NCBI GenBank assembly: GCA_934481375.1
Contig: CAKSPN010000001.1
Location: 1-47,561 of the forward strand
Length of the DNA stretch: 47,561 nucleotides
Reading direction: 5' to 3'
Source of the DNA: an uncultured Clostridia bacterium
GTDB taxonomy: Bacteria; Bacillota; Clostridia; UBA1381
Shown: positions 16,653 to 25,249 of the stretch, piece after piece
How the letters are laid out: every line of letters begins with the position of its first letter
How positions within the stretch are numbered: the stretch's first letter is position 1
The notes under the pieces: generated by a model
The model's input: only the letters and a program-made list of their open reading frames with translations
The model's database searches: none
Told to the model about the DNA's origin: nothing
Program-made: the position numbers and the translations under genes

Positions 16653-19379
16653 ATGAATTTATTCGATAAATTGTTCGGAACATATTCGGACAGGGAATTA
16701 AAGCGTGTGCGTCCGATTGCGGACAAGGTAATGGCGCTTGAGGAGGATATGGCAAAGCTGTCTGACTCGGAGCTGAAAGCCAAAACGGGCGAATTTAAAG
16801 AGCGCATTAAGAACGGGGAAACTCTTGACGATCTTCTCCCCGAAGCATTTGCGGTTATGCGTGAAGCGAGCTGGAGAGTACTCGGAATGAAGCACTTCTA
16901 CGTTCAGGTACTCGGCGGCGTTATCCTGCATCAGGGACGTATTGCCGAAATGAAAACAGGTGAAGGTAAAACTCTCGTATCCACACTGCCGGCATATCTT
17001 AATGCATTGAGCGGAAAAGGGGTACATATAGTTACCGTAAACGATTATCTTGCAAAGCGTGACAGCGAATGGATGGGAAAGGTTTACCGTTTCCTCGGTA
17101 TGAGCGTGGGTCTTATTATCCATGACCTTAACAACGAACAGCGCCGCGAGGCTTATGCAAGCGACATAACCTACGGCACAAACAACGAACTCGGATTTGA
17201 CTATCTGCGTGACAATATGGTTGTCCACAAGGAAGAAATGGTTCAGCGCGGACACAATTATGCCATCGTGGACGAGGTGGACTCCATTCTTATAGACGAG
17301 GCAAGAACTCCGCTTATTATTTCGGGTATGGGTTCGGACGCAAACGACCTTTACAGAGTTGCGGATATGTTTGTAAAGCGCTTGAAAAAGCTTGTACTCA
17401 CCGAACATGATGACAAAACTCTCGATGTTGACGTTGACGCAGACTACATCGTGGACGAAAAAGCAAAAACCGCAACGCTTACCGAGCGTGGCGTAAAAAA
17501 GGCGGAGCAGGGATTTGGCGTGGAAAACCTTTCCGACCCGGAAAATATGCAGTTACAGCACCACATTAACCAGGCTTTGCACGCAAACGGCGTAATGCAC
17601 CGTGACCAGCAGTACGTTGTAAAAGACGGTCAGGTGCTTATAGTTGACGAATTTACGGGAAGAATTATGCCGGGCAGACGTTACAGCGACGGTCTGCACC
17701 AGGCTATAGAGGCAAAAGAGGGCGTTAAGATAGAAAATGAATCGAAAACGCTTGCGACAATCACATTCCAGAACTTCTTCAGACTGTACTCCAAGCTTTC
17801 GGGTATGACGGGTACTGCTCTGACCGAGGAGGAGGAATTCCAGCACATATACAAGCTTGACGTTGTTGCCGTTCCCACAAACAAACCCGTTATCCGAAAG
17901 GATATGCACGATTCCGTATACAGAACGGAAAGGGGCAAATTTATGGCAGTTATCAAGCAAATAAAGGAATGTCACGAAAAGGGACAGCCGGTGCTTGTCG
18001 GTACGGTAAACGTTGACAAATCGGAACTTTTAAGCGCATTATTAAAGCGTGAGGGCATAAAGCACGAGGTATTAAACGCAAAATTCCACGAAAAAGAAGC
18101 CGAAATAATCGCACAGGCAGGTAAAAAAGGTGCTGTTACGATAGCAACCAATATGGCGGGCCGTGGTACTGATATTATGCTCGGCGGTAATGCCGAATAT
18201 ATGGCAAAGCACGAAATGGCAAAGCAAGGCTTCAGCGAGGAACTTATTAACGAGGCTACAGGTTTTGCGGAAACAGATGATGAAGAAATCATAAACGCAC
18301 GTAACACCTTTAAGGAACTTAACGAAAAGTTCAAGAAGGAAATTCAGCCGGAGCGTGACGAGGTTAAGACTTTGGGCGGATTATTCATAATAGGTACGGA
18401 GCGCCACGAGTCAAGACGTATCGACAATCAGTTAAGAGGACGTGCCGGACGTCAGGGCGACCCCGGTGCATCGAGATTTTTCCTCTCACTTGATGATGAT
18501 TTGATGAGAATTTTCGGCAGCGACAGAGTTAAGGCAATGGTAAACGGACTCGGTCTTGAGGAGGACGAGCCGATCGAAGCGAAAATGCTCACAAGAGCGA
18601 TAGAAAACGCTCAGAAAAACCTCGAAAGCAGAAACTTTGATTCACGTAAGCACGTTCTGCAGTATGACGAGGTTATGAACGAACAGCGTAAGATTATATA
18701 CAAACAGCGCCAGATGGTGCTTGACGGCGAGGATATTCACGGCACGATACAGCAGATGATGGAGTCAATTATAAATTCGGCTGTGGACGATTATATAGGA
18801 ATTTCGGAAATTCCCGAGGAATGGAATATTCATGCTCTTACGGAGTTTGCCAACGCATATCTGCGTGCGGACGGAGAATTTGTGATTTCCGACTCCGACC
18901 TTGAAACAATAACAAAGAACGACGTAAAGAATATGCTTCTTGAAATCGCACAAAAGAGATATGCACAGCAGGAGGAAATATTCGGTCCGGCTATGCGTGA
19001 ACTTGAGAGAGTTATTATGCTCCGTGTTGTTGACACGCTTTGGATGGATCACCTTGACGAAATGGAACACGTTAAGCGTGAAATCGGCTTGCGTGCATAT
19101 GGTCAGCACGATCCCGTTGTGGAATACAGAAATGTCGGCTCGGAGCTTTACGAAGGAATGCTCGAGGCTATAAAGAGAGATACGGTAAGATACCTGCTCT
19201 TTGCAATGCCGAGAATTAAGATTGAACGTGAACAGGTTGCAAAGCCGATGGATACCGGCGGTGACGGCTCGCTTAAAAAGCAGCCGGCGAAGGCTGACAA
19301 AAAGGAAGTCGGCAGAAACGATCCGTGTCCGTGCGGCAGCGGCAAGAAGTATAAGCATTGCTGCGGTAAAGATAAGTAA
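16653..19379 (+). CDS. secA: Preprotein translocase ATPase SecA
   Basis: [10 protein letters not shown] Walker A, DEAD-like [19 protein letters not shown], and the C-terminal zinc motif [23 protein letters not shown]. Confidence 0.97.
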   Translation: MNLFDKLFGTYSDRELKRVRPIADKVMALEEDMAKLSDSELKAKTGEFKERIKNGETLDDLLPEAFAVMREASWRVLGMKHFYVQVLGGVILHQGRIAEMKTGEGKTLVSTLPAYLNALSGKGVHIVTVNDYLAKRDSEWMGKVYRFLGMSVGLIIHDLNNEQRREAYASDITYGTNNELGFDYLRDNMVVHKEEMVQRGHNYAIVDEVDSILIDEARTPLIISGMGSDANDLYRVADMFVKRLKKLVLTEHDDKTLDVDVDADYIVDEKAKTATLTERGVKKAEQGFGVENLSDPENMQLQHHINQALHANGVMHRDQQYVVKDGQVLIVDEFTGRIMPGRRYSDGLHQAIEAKEGVKIENESKTLATITFQNFFRLYSKLSGMTGTALTEEEEFQHIYKLDVVAVPTNKPVIRKDMHDSVYRTERGKFMAVIKQIKECHEKGQPVLVGTVNVDKSELLSALLKREGIKHEVLNAKFHEKEAEIIAQAGKKGAVTIATNMAGRGTDIMLGGNAEYMAKHEMAKQGFSEELINEATGFAETDDEEIINARNTFKELNEKFKKEIQPERDEVKTLGGLFIIGTERHESRRIDNQLRGRAGRQGDPGASRFFLSLDDDLMRIFGSDRVKAMVNGLGLEEDEPIEAKMLTRAIENAQKNLESRNFDSRKHVLQYDEVMNEQRKIIYKQRQMVLDGEDIHGTIQQMMESIINSAVDDYIGISEIPEEWNIHALTEFANAYLRADGEFVISDSDLETITKNDVKNMLLEIAQKRYAQQEEIFGPAMRELERVIMLRVVDTLWMDHLDEMEHVKREIGLRAYGQHDPVVEYRNVGSELYEGMLEAIKRDTVRYLLFAMPRIKIEREQVAKPMDTGGDGSLKKQPAKADKKEVGRNDPCPCGSGKKYKHCCGKDK

Positions 19380-19384
19380 AAACA

Positions 19385-19418
19385 AAATGCGAGCCGATAA
19401 AGGCTCGCATTTGTTTTT
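19385..19418 (+). terminator. Rho-independent terminator of secA
   Basis: AAATGCGAGCC-gataaa-GGCTCGCATTT followed by GTTTTT. Confidence 0.8.
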
Positions 19419-19454
19419 ACATGGTTGCAAACCGCACCGCCCAAAACCAACACC

Positions 19455-19525
19455 GGTGCCGCTCCTGCCGAAAACGGGAGCAATGTATACAATTTTTCGG
19501 TAGGGGCCGATGTCTTCATCGACCC
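19455..19525. repeat. Family-1 intergenic repeat (degenerate module B half + module A)
   Basis: GCTCCTGCCGAAAA (19461-19474) and GTAGGGGCCGATGTCTTCATCGACCC (19500-19525). Confidence 0.7.
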
Positions 19526-19572
19526 GAAACGTTATTCTGTACGGTATGCGTTTCTACGGCATATGTGTGCTT

Positions 19573-20094
19573 TTATATTCTGTACACCCAATTGTCTTTT
19601 CTTGCCGGTGCATCGGGATATTCACAGTCAATATAGCCGAGGGCGCAGTGACCTATGCCCTCATAATCTCCCTCAATCCCGAGAGATTTTAATATTTCCT
19701 TTCCCTCCTCCGACTCAAATTCCTCTTTTGCACGGTGTATCCAGCAACTGCCGATACCCTGCTCGTGCGCCTCAAGCATAAGATTTCCCATAACAAGACT
19801 TCCGTCGTACACGGCTGTGGAGCGTGATTTATCCGCCAGAACAACAAGTATTGCCGGTGCGCCGTAGAACGGGTCAAAGCCCTCCTCCCAGCCGCCGATT
19901 TTCCTGTTCATTTCCGAAAACCTGTCACGCATTTTCTTATCCGTCACCGCTATTATTATCGGCGATTGCGCATTGCGCCCCGTTGCGGAGTACACGCCTG
20001 CCTCTATGATTTTTCCGAGGATTTCCTCCGGTATCGGGTCGGACTTGAATTTTCGGATACTTCTTCTTGTTTTTATCATTTCCAGAACGCTCAT
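19573..20094 (-). CDS. Nitroreductase-family FMN oxidoreductase
   Basis: N-terminus MIKTRRSIRKFKSDPIPEE is typical of the nitroreductase fold. 173 aa. GAGGTG RBS. Confidence 0.85.
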   Translation of the reverse strand: MSVLEMIKTRRSIRKFKSDPIPEEILGKIIEAGVYSATGRNAQSPIIIAVTDKKMRDRFSEMNRKIGGWEEGFDPFYGAPAILVVLADKSRSTAVYDGSLVMGNLMLEAHEQGIGSCWIHRAKEEFESEEGKEILKSLGIEGDYEGIGHCALGYIDCEYPDAPARKDNWVYRI

Positions 20095-20106
20095 AATATC
20101 ACCTCA

Positions 20107-20772
20107 TTAACCAAAATCCTTACTGCCGTCAAGCTTTTCCGTTTCGGAAAAGCCTTTGTTTGTGTTTTCCAAGAGCCAGTCAAATGCCTTTCCTTCGGCA
20201 TAAACCCTGTTCCAGCAATTATGCATACAATCCTCAAACACCGTAAGCTTTGCACTTCCTCCGCATTTGTTTACGGCGTCCGTCATTTTACGGCTTTCGG
20301 TGCATAAAACCACGTCATCGTCCGCACCGTGAAACGCCCATACGGGTACGTCCTTCAACCGTGCGGCGTTCCAGTACATTCCTCCGCCGCACAGCGGAAC
20401 AATTGCCGCAAAAATCTGCGGCAGAGTCATTGCCAACTGCCATATTCCGTAACCGCCCATGCTTACGCCCATACCGTAAAACCGTGATTTATCGGTAAAA
20501 TCCGCATTATAAACAAACTTTGCAAGGTCAATAATCTGCTCGAAAATCTCAAACCAGGTATCCGCATAACACTGCGGTGCAACGGTTATAAACGGAAATT
20601 TGTCACGCTGTTTGCGATATTCAAAATACGGATTTTCCGCCAGCTTGTCAAAATCATCTCCGCGTGTTCCCGCACCGTGCAGGAAAAAAATAACGGGATA
20701 TTTTTTTCCCTCCTCGTATCCGTCGGGCAGAGAAATGATATACTTTAATTTTTTATACTCTTTTTTGATCAT
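20107..20772 (-). CDS. Alpha/beta-hydrolase esterase (carboxylesterase / CE1-like)
   Basis: Oxyanion region FFLHGAG, nucleophile elbow GVSMGGYG, acid HGADDDVV, and histidine in DCMHNCW. Confidence 0.8.
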   Translation of the reverse strand: MIKKEYKKLKYIISLPDGYEEGKKYPVIFFLHGAGTRGDDFDKLAENPYFEYRKQRDKFPFITVAPQCYADTWFEIFEQIIDLAKFVYNADFTDKSRFYGMGVSMGGYGIWQLAMTLPQIFAAIVPLCGGGMYWNAARLKDVPVWAFHGADDDVVLCTESRKMTDAVNKCGGSAKLTVFEDCMHNCWNRVYAEGKAFDWLLENTNKGFSETEKLDGSKDFG

Positions 20773-21746
20773 AATGAAAACATCTTCCTTAATTCTTCCG
20801 TTAAATGTGCGGCAACAATTTTATGCCCGTCACGCAGAGGGTGGAGCGGTTCGGCGGGAATCCAACCGTCGGTATCTATAAAATACACACTGTCGCCGTT
20901 TTTCCTGTTAAATTCTTCAACGGTTGCTTTAAGCTCTTTCGGATACGCTTTGCAGAACGCCGAAAGCACAACAATTTTCGAGTCGGGATTGATTTTTCTG
21001 ACCAATTCCAGAAATTCCGCATATCTTTGCGTATATTCTTCAGCCGACGCACCTCTGTCGTTTGCACCGTGATTGATAACGATTATTTCCGAACCCTGCG
21101 CCTTTGCCGGCGAGCCTGCGAAATTATACGGATACGCCAATGCCGCTCTCGGCACGGAACCGCAGCCGCCGCCGCAAACACCCGTTGCGCCGTATCCCAT
21201 AATAACGGGTTTCATTCCGAGCGCCTCGGCTGTCAGATATGCATATGTAGCGGTTGAATCGTCCTGATTTGGGCGGTTGTACTGGTCGTTGTTTTTATCA
21301 AAATTATAGAATGCGTCTATCAAAACGCCCTCCGTAATCGAGTCGCCTATAAATTCGATTATTTTTCTGTCGTCTGCCGGCAGTTCCGCACCTTTTTCAA
21401 CTTCGACGCCCTCAAAGCTGAGCTTGCCGATAAGCGGTCCGTTCCAGCGATGGTGCATTTCGACAGCACCTTTATAAACCACCTTTATAAGATGTTCTCC
21501 CTCGGTCGGCGCTTCGACTCTTATAACGCGGTCAAGCGGTACTTCCACCTTTGCGCCGTTATCTACAGACACCCATATATGCGGAAACGGCTGTACGCTG
21601 AAGCCCGTATCAAAATGCATTACGGCGGCAGTGCCGCTGTATGCAATTTCTATCATACCGCCGGGAGCCGTGGTGACTTTGTTCTCACCGATTTCACCCC
21701 ATCTGCCGGTATATCTTATTGATTTATCGTTTGCTTTTAAAAACAT
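20769..21746 (-). CDS. SGNH/GDSL hydrolase with N-terminal beta-sandwich (CE2-like carbohydrate esterase architecture)
   Basis: Block I FIGDSITEG, block III VINHGANDR, block V DGH. About 140 aa precede the SGNH core. Start moved to ATG 21746 (GGAGG RBS). ATGA overlap with the next gene. Confidence 0.8.
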   Translation of the reverse strand: MFLKANDKSIRYTGRWGEIGENKVTTAPGGMIEIAYSGTAAVMHFDTGFSVQPFPHIWVSVDNGAKVEVPLDRVIRVEAPTEGEHLIKVVYKGAVEMHHRWNGPLIGKLSFEGVEVEKGAELPADDRKIIEFIGDSITEGVLIDAFYNFDKNNDQYNRPNQDDSTATYAYLTAEALGMKPVIMGYGATGVCGGGCGSVPRAALAYPYNFAGSPAKAQGSEIIVINHGANDRGASAEEYTQRYAEFLELVRKINPDSKIVVLSAFCKAYPKELKATVEEFNRKNGDSVYFIDTDGWIPAEPLHPLRDGHKIVAAHLTEELRKMFSL

Positions 21747-21793
21747 ATTTAAACCTCCGTTTTTTGTTACATTATACCATTGATAAAAAAAGA

Positions 21794-21836
21794 TGTCAAC
21801 AATTCTGTTGACAAACGGGCAATTAAATGTTATAAT
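21794..21836 (+). promoter_or_regulatory. Consensus sigma-A promoter overlapped by a perfect palindromic operator (probable TetR site)
   Basis: TGTCAACA-attc-TGTTGACA (21794-21813). Its right arm supplies the -35 TTGACA (21808-21813). A 17-nt spacer is followed by TATAAT (21831-21836). Confidence 0.65.
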
Positions 21837-21887
21837 AAAACAAACGTTGCAAAACAGATGTTTTATTACATTAAAGGAGGGCAAAAA

Positions 21888-22490
21888 ATGCCGCCGAAAC
21901 CTAAATTCACAAAAGAACAGATAGTAAGCACGGCGCTTAAGCTGGTGAGCGAAAACGGCGTGAATGCGCTTACGGCGAGAGAACTGGGGAATGCGCTCTG
22001 CTCATCGGCAAGACCGATTTTTACCGTATTCAGCGGTATGGACGAGGTGCGGAGCGCCGTCATTGCCGCCGCAGAGAAGAAATTCTCGGAGTACGCCGAA
22101 AAAACATCGGCGTATCCGCTGAGATTTAAGAGCGCAGGTATGCAGATGCTTTTATTCGCAAAAGGCGAGCCTAAGCTGTTTCAACTGCTTTTTATGCAGG
22201 AAAACAGCGGTGTAAAAAGCTTTGACGATTTGTTCACCTCTTTGGGGGATTTCGCAAACGAGTGCATAGACTATATTATAAACGATTACGGGATTGAGCA
22301 AAGCAACGCAAAACTTGTTTTTGAAAATTTGTGGATATACACATTCGGGCTCGGCTCATTATGTGCAACGGGTGCGTGCGATTTTTCGGAGTCGGAATTG
22401 AGCGAAATGCTCGGCACCGAATTTGCCGCAATGATGGCGCTTATTAAAAAGGATTTACCGCCTTTGGCGGAGAAACGGAGAGTATTATGA
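21888..22490 (+). CDS. TetR/AcrR family transcriptional regulator
   Basis: N-terminal HTH FTKEQIVSTALKLVSENGVNALTARELGNAL. 200 aa. ATG 21888 with AAAGGAGGG RBS. Confidence 0.85.
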   Translation: MPPKPKFTKEQIVSTALKLVSENGVNALTARELGNALCSSARPIFTVFSGMDEVRSAVIAAAEKKFSEYAEKTSAYPLRFKSAGMQMLLFAKGEPKLFQLLFMQENSGVKSFDDLFTSLGDFANECIDYIINDYGIEQSNAKLVFENLWIYTFGLGSLCATGACDFSESELSEMLGTEFAAMMALIKKDLPPLAEKRRVL

Positions 22491-23125
22491 AAAAATTATT
22501 CGGAGTTGTTTTGGGGGCACTGCTCATAGCAGGCGGTGTATTGTATGCATTTGACGTGCTGAATATAGTTAGCTTTGATTTTTCCCTTGACGGCTGGTGG
22601 ACTATGTTTATAATCATACCGAGTCTGTACAGCCTTTTAACGTCAAAAGACAAATCGGGAAGCATTATAGCGCTTGCAATAGGCGTGTTCCTGTTGCTTG
22701 CCGCACGTGATATTATCGATTTCGATATAATATGGAAGCTTATTTTGCCCGTAATTGCCATAGTTATCGGTATAAAGCTTATAGCGAAAGTTCTCGGCAA
22801 GGAAAAACCCAAGATGATTAAAGAAAAGATTGTTCAAGCCGAGGGGGTTTTTAAGGAAAACGAACATCGTTCCAAAATATGCGCTATTTTCGGCGGAACA
22901 AAATGCAATCTGATTGATGCGGAGCTTAAAGACGGAAGCGAGATAGATTTGCTTTGCGTCTGCGGCGGTGCGGAGATTATCGTTCCCGAGAACGTGGAAA
23001 TCAAAACGAACAATTTCTGCCTGTTCGGCGGAATTTCGGACAAAAGACCGCAAAGAAACATTGACAATCCGATAAAAGTTACAATAAACGGCTGCTGCAT
23101 ATTCGGCGGTGCGGAAATCAAATAA
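22487..23125 (+). CDS. LiaF-like membrane protein (4 TM + DUF2154-type C-terminal domain)
   Basis: Four N-terminal TM helices followed by repeated FGG strands (CAIFGGTKCNL, LCVCGGAEIIVPENV, FCLFGGISDKR, CCIFGGAEIK), as in LiaF/YvqF. ATGA overlap with the tetR stop. Confidence 0.7.
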   Translation: MKKLFGVVLGALLIAGGVLYAFDVLNIVSFDFSLDGWWTMFIIIPSLYSLLTSKDKSGSIIALAIGVFLLLAARDIIDFDIIWKLILPVIAIVIGIKLIAKVLGKEKPKMIKEKIVQAEGVFKENEHRSKICAIFGGTKCNLIDAELKDGSEIDLLCVCGGAEIIVPENVEIKTNNFCLFGGISDKRPQRNIDNPIKVTINGCCIFGGAEIK

Positions 23126-23139
23126 AGGGGGAATTTAAT

Positions 23140-23670
23140 ATGAAATCTTTAAAAACACTTCAGGGGTTATCAAAGGCGGGAAAAATTTTAAGCACGATTG
23201 CATTTGTATGCTGTATAATCGGCGCTTGCGGCTGTGTTATCGGTCTTTTGTGCCTGATAATCGGCGGAAGTACCGTAGCGGACTTTATTGAAAGTACGGG
23301 CAAAGTAAGCATAGGTACGGTTTATGCGTCAATTGTTATAGGGCTTATCCTGTGCATAAGCGAGATTATCGTTTCACGGTCGGCACGCCTGTATTTTATA
23401 CACGAACTTGACGCCGGTACGCCATTTACCTTTGACGGCGCAAACGAGCTTTTAAAGCTCGGTATAAAAACGATAGCCGTTCCTGCGGCGGCGGTGATTG
23501 TTTCGTACATAGCACAGGAAATATTTCAGCACTTTTTTGCAAATATTGCCGAGATGAATTTGAGCAATTCCGACTCGGTTGTTATCGGAGTTGCATTTAT
23601 TGTGATTTCGTTTATATTAAAATGCAGTACGGAGCTTGCGGAGGGCAAGAAAGAAGAAGAAAACATATAA
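23140..23670 (+). CDS. Integral membrane protein, unknown function
   Basis: 176 aa with four hydrophobic helices and an acidic tail EGKKEEENI. Starts 14 nt after the previous gene. Confidence 0.65.
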   Translation: MKSLKTLQGLSKAGKILSTIAFVCCIIGACGCVIGLLCLIIGGSTVADFIESTGKVSIGTVYASIVIGLILCISEIIVSRSARLYFIHELDAGTPFTFDGANELLKLGIKTIAVPAAAVIVSYIAQEIFQHFFANIAEMNLSNSDSVVIGVAFIVISFILKCSTELAEGKKEEENI

Positions 23671-23672
23671 AT

Positions 23673-23706
23673 GAAAAAACCGAACTCTGTGAGTTCGGTT
23701 TTTTTT
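23673..23706 (+). terminator. Rho-independent terminator
   Basis: A-tract, then CCGAACT-ctgtg-AGTTCGG, then a run of nine T. Confidence 0.8.
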
Positions 23707-23726
23707 GTTTGCGGAAACCGCCCCTC

Positions 23727-23760
23727 GCAGGGCAGGGGCTTGCTCCTGCCGAAAATGCAT
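23727..23760. repeat. Family-1 intergenic repeat (module B only)
   Basis: GCAGGGCAGGGGCTTGCTCCTGCCGAAAATGCAT. Its 20-nt core is identical to 40511-40530. Confidence 0.8.
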
Positions 23761-23882
23761 ACCGATGCGTTTGCGGTGATTGTGTTGTTTTTTTGCAAAA
23801 TTCAAAAGGTACAGGCTCTTTTTTTATGCTGTTGAATATAATATGTGTAAAGACATATTTTATAAAGAGGGGACTTGATTTT

Positions 23883-24110
23883 ATGAATTCAAAACTGGAA
23901 AACATATTAAAAGGCTTTAACTCAAATCAGCTTAAGGAAATAAACGATTTTCTCAATTCCGCACAGGGACGTAGCATAAAAAACAAATTAAACAGCGCCG
24001 ACAAAGAACGGCTTATGCGTGAATTTAACAAGTTGGACTCCGAAAAGGTGAAAAAGCAGATGCAGGGGTTAAATCCCGATGAAATTATGAAAATCATTAA
24101 AAATTTATAG
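23883..24110 (+). CDS. Small hydrophilic protein, 75 aa, unknown function
   Basis: ATG 23883 is preceded by AGAGGGGA. Lys/Asn/Glu-rich helical sequence MNSKLENILKGFNSNQLKEINDF... Confidence 0.55.
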   Translation: MNSKLENILKGFNSNQLKEINDFLNSAQGRSIKNKLNSADKERLMREFNKLDSEKVKKQMQGLNPDEIMKIIKNL

Positions 24111-24121
24111 AGGTGTTTTAA

Positions 24122-24412
24122 ATGGCAGACGCAATGGAAACCTTAAAGGGAATACTCGGCGACGACGCCGAGGACAAAATAAAAAGCGTGATGGGCTCGC
24201 TTTCCGCCGGCGGTACGGACAATAACAGCCTTGAATACGTTATGCAGATGAAAGATATTATGTCAAAGCTTGCAAACGACAGAAACGATCCGAGGTCTAA
24301 TCTTCTGATGTCTTTAAAGCCGTATATGCGTTCAAGCCGCCAAAAATCGATAGACAACGCCGTGCGGCTTTTAAATCTCACAAAGCTTACGGGAATAATG
24401 CGTATGAAATAA
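24122..24412 (+). CDS. Small hydrophilic protein, 96 aa, unknown function
   Basis: GAGGTG RBS 6 nt upstream. MADAMETLKGILGDD...LLMSLKPYMRSSRQKSIDNAVRLLNLTKL. Confidence 0.6.
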   Translation: MADAMETLKGILGDDAEDKIKSVMGSLSAGGTDNNSLEYVMQMKDIMSKLANDRNDPRSNLLMSLKPYMRSSRQKSIDNAVRLLNLTKLTGIMRMK

Positions 24413-24428
24413 AAAGGGGAGATGTACA

Positions 24429-24677
24429 ATGTACCGAAGCTACAGTATGAATAATATGCCGCAGCCGATTATGCACCGCAGCGAAAAACCGTCCGTGAAA
24501 CCGCCGCCGCCCAAAGAAAAACCTCCCGAAAAAAAGAGTGCGGGAGGTTTTTTGGCAGACCTGGCAAACGATGATATTATTCTGCTTGTCGTAATTCTCA
24601 TTCTGCTTATGGACGATTGTGACGATAAACTGCTCATTGCCGCACTGGGATTTATTTTCTTTTCGGATTTTTTTTAA
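24429..24677 (+). CDS. Small membrane protein, 82 aa (Pro/Lys-rich N-terminus, one or two TM helices)
   Basis: GGGGAG RBS 8 nt upstream. KPSVKPPPPKEKPPEKK followed by DDIILLVVILILLMDDCDDKLLIAALGFIFF. Confidence 0.6.
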   Translation: MYRSYSMNNMPQPIMHRSEKPSVKPPPPKEKPPEKKSAGGFLADLANDDIILLVVILILLMDDCDDKLLIAALGFIFFSDFF

Positions 24678-24721
24678 AAGTATAAAACAATCCGTATAAG
24701 GCGAAACTACATATATAATCA

Positions 24722-24806
24722 GCCTGTCCGCAGACAGGCGCAAAACTTGAGGTTAGCACCTCAAACTCCCAATAACAAAAAAGACAAACCGTTTAGCGGT
24801 TTGTCT
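24722..24806 (+). repeat. Family-2 structured intergenic repeat (H0 + H1 + linker + H2)
   Basis: GCCTGTC-cgca-GACAGGC (24722-24739), then GAGGTTAGCACCTC-AAACTCCCAATAACAAAAA-AGACAAACCGTTTAGCGGTTTGTCT (24749-24806). Confidence 0.8.
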
Positions 24807-24811
24807 TTGAA

Positions 24812-25228
24812 TTGAATATACAAAGGGCGGTAAGGCAAGTGGAATACGGATCGAGATTTTTTAAGTGTGTGGAATGTGAAACGTTGGTGGAGGCGCTCAA
24901 TCCGCAGTGCTGTGACGAGCTTATGTGCTGCGGAAAGCCCATGCTTATGATGCGTGCCGACACGGACGAAACGCTTGCGGAAAAGCACAAGCCGATAATA
25001 AAACGTGAAAACGGCTGTATGACGGTATGTGTGGGACGTGTTCTGCACCCGATGAGCAATGAACACAGCATTTTATGGATTGAAATAAAAGGCAAAAACG
25101 AATGTCGGCGTGTACATTTGAAAAAGGGTGACGACCCTATTGTGATATTCCGTGGTGTGGACGACGGAATACGCTACAAGGTATACGCATACTGCAACAA
25201 GCACGGACTGTGGTGTACACAGGCATAA
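24812..25228 (+). CDS. dfx: Desulfoferrodoxin (2Fe superoxide reductase)
   Basis: N-terminal desulforedoxin Cys set (FKCVECETLVE...CCGKPM). SOR centre motifs EKHKPII, HPMSNEHSILWIE and YCNKHGLW. The start is uncertain: TTG 24812 or GTG 24839. Confidence 0.88.
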   Translation: MNIQRAVRQVEYGSRFFKCVECETLVEALNPQCCDELMCCGKPMLMMRADTDETLAEKHKPIIKRENGCMTVCVGRVLHPMSNEHSILWIEIKGKNECRRVHLKKGDDPIVIFRGVDDGIRYKVYAYCNKHGLWCTQA

Positions 25229-25249
25229 CGGGATAACACCCGTTATGCC
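25222..25249. terminator. Hairpin spanning both stop codons of convergent dfx and the DMT gene
   Basis: GGCATAACGGG-ataaca-CCCGTTATGCC. The dfx TAA (25226-25228) lies in the left arm and the DMT stop (25243-25245) in the right arm. TCTTTTT follows. Confidence 0.6.

Noticed and set aside
16698-19430. Minus-strand ORFs inside secA (16698-17408, 17553-17975, 17972-18334, 18765-19430)
   Set aside because: They are antisense to an unambiguous secA. Their translations are low-complexity or odd, and they have no start context.
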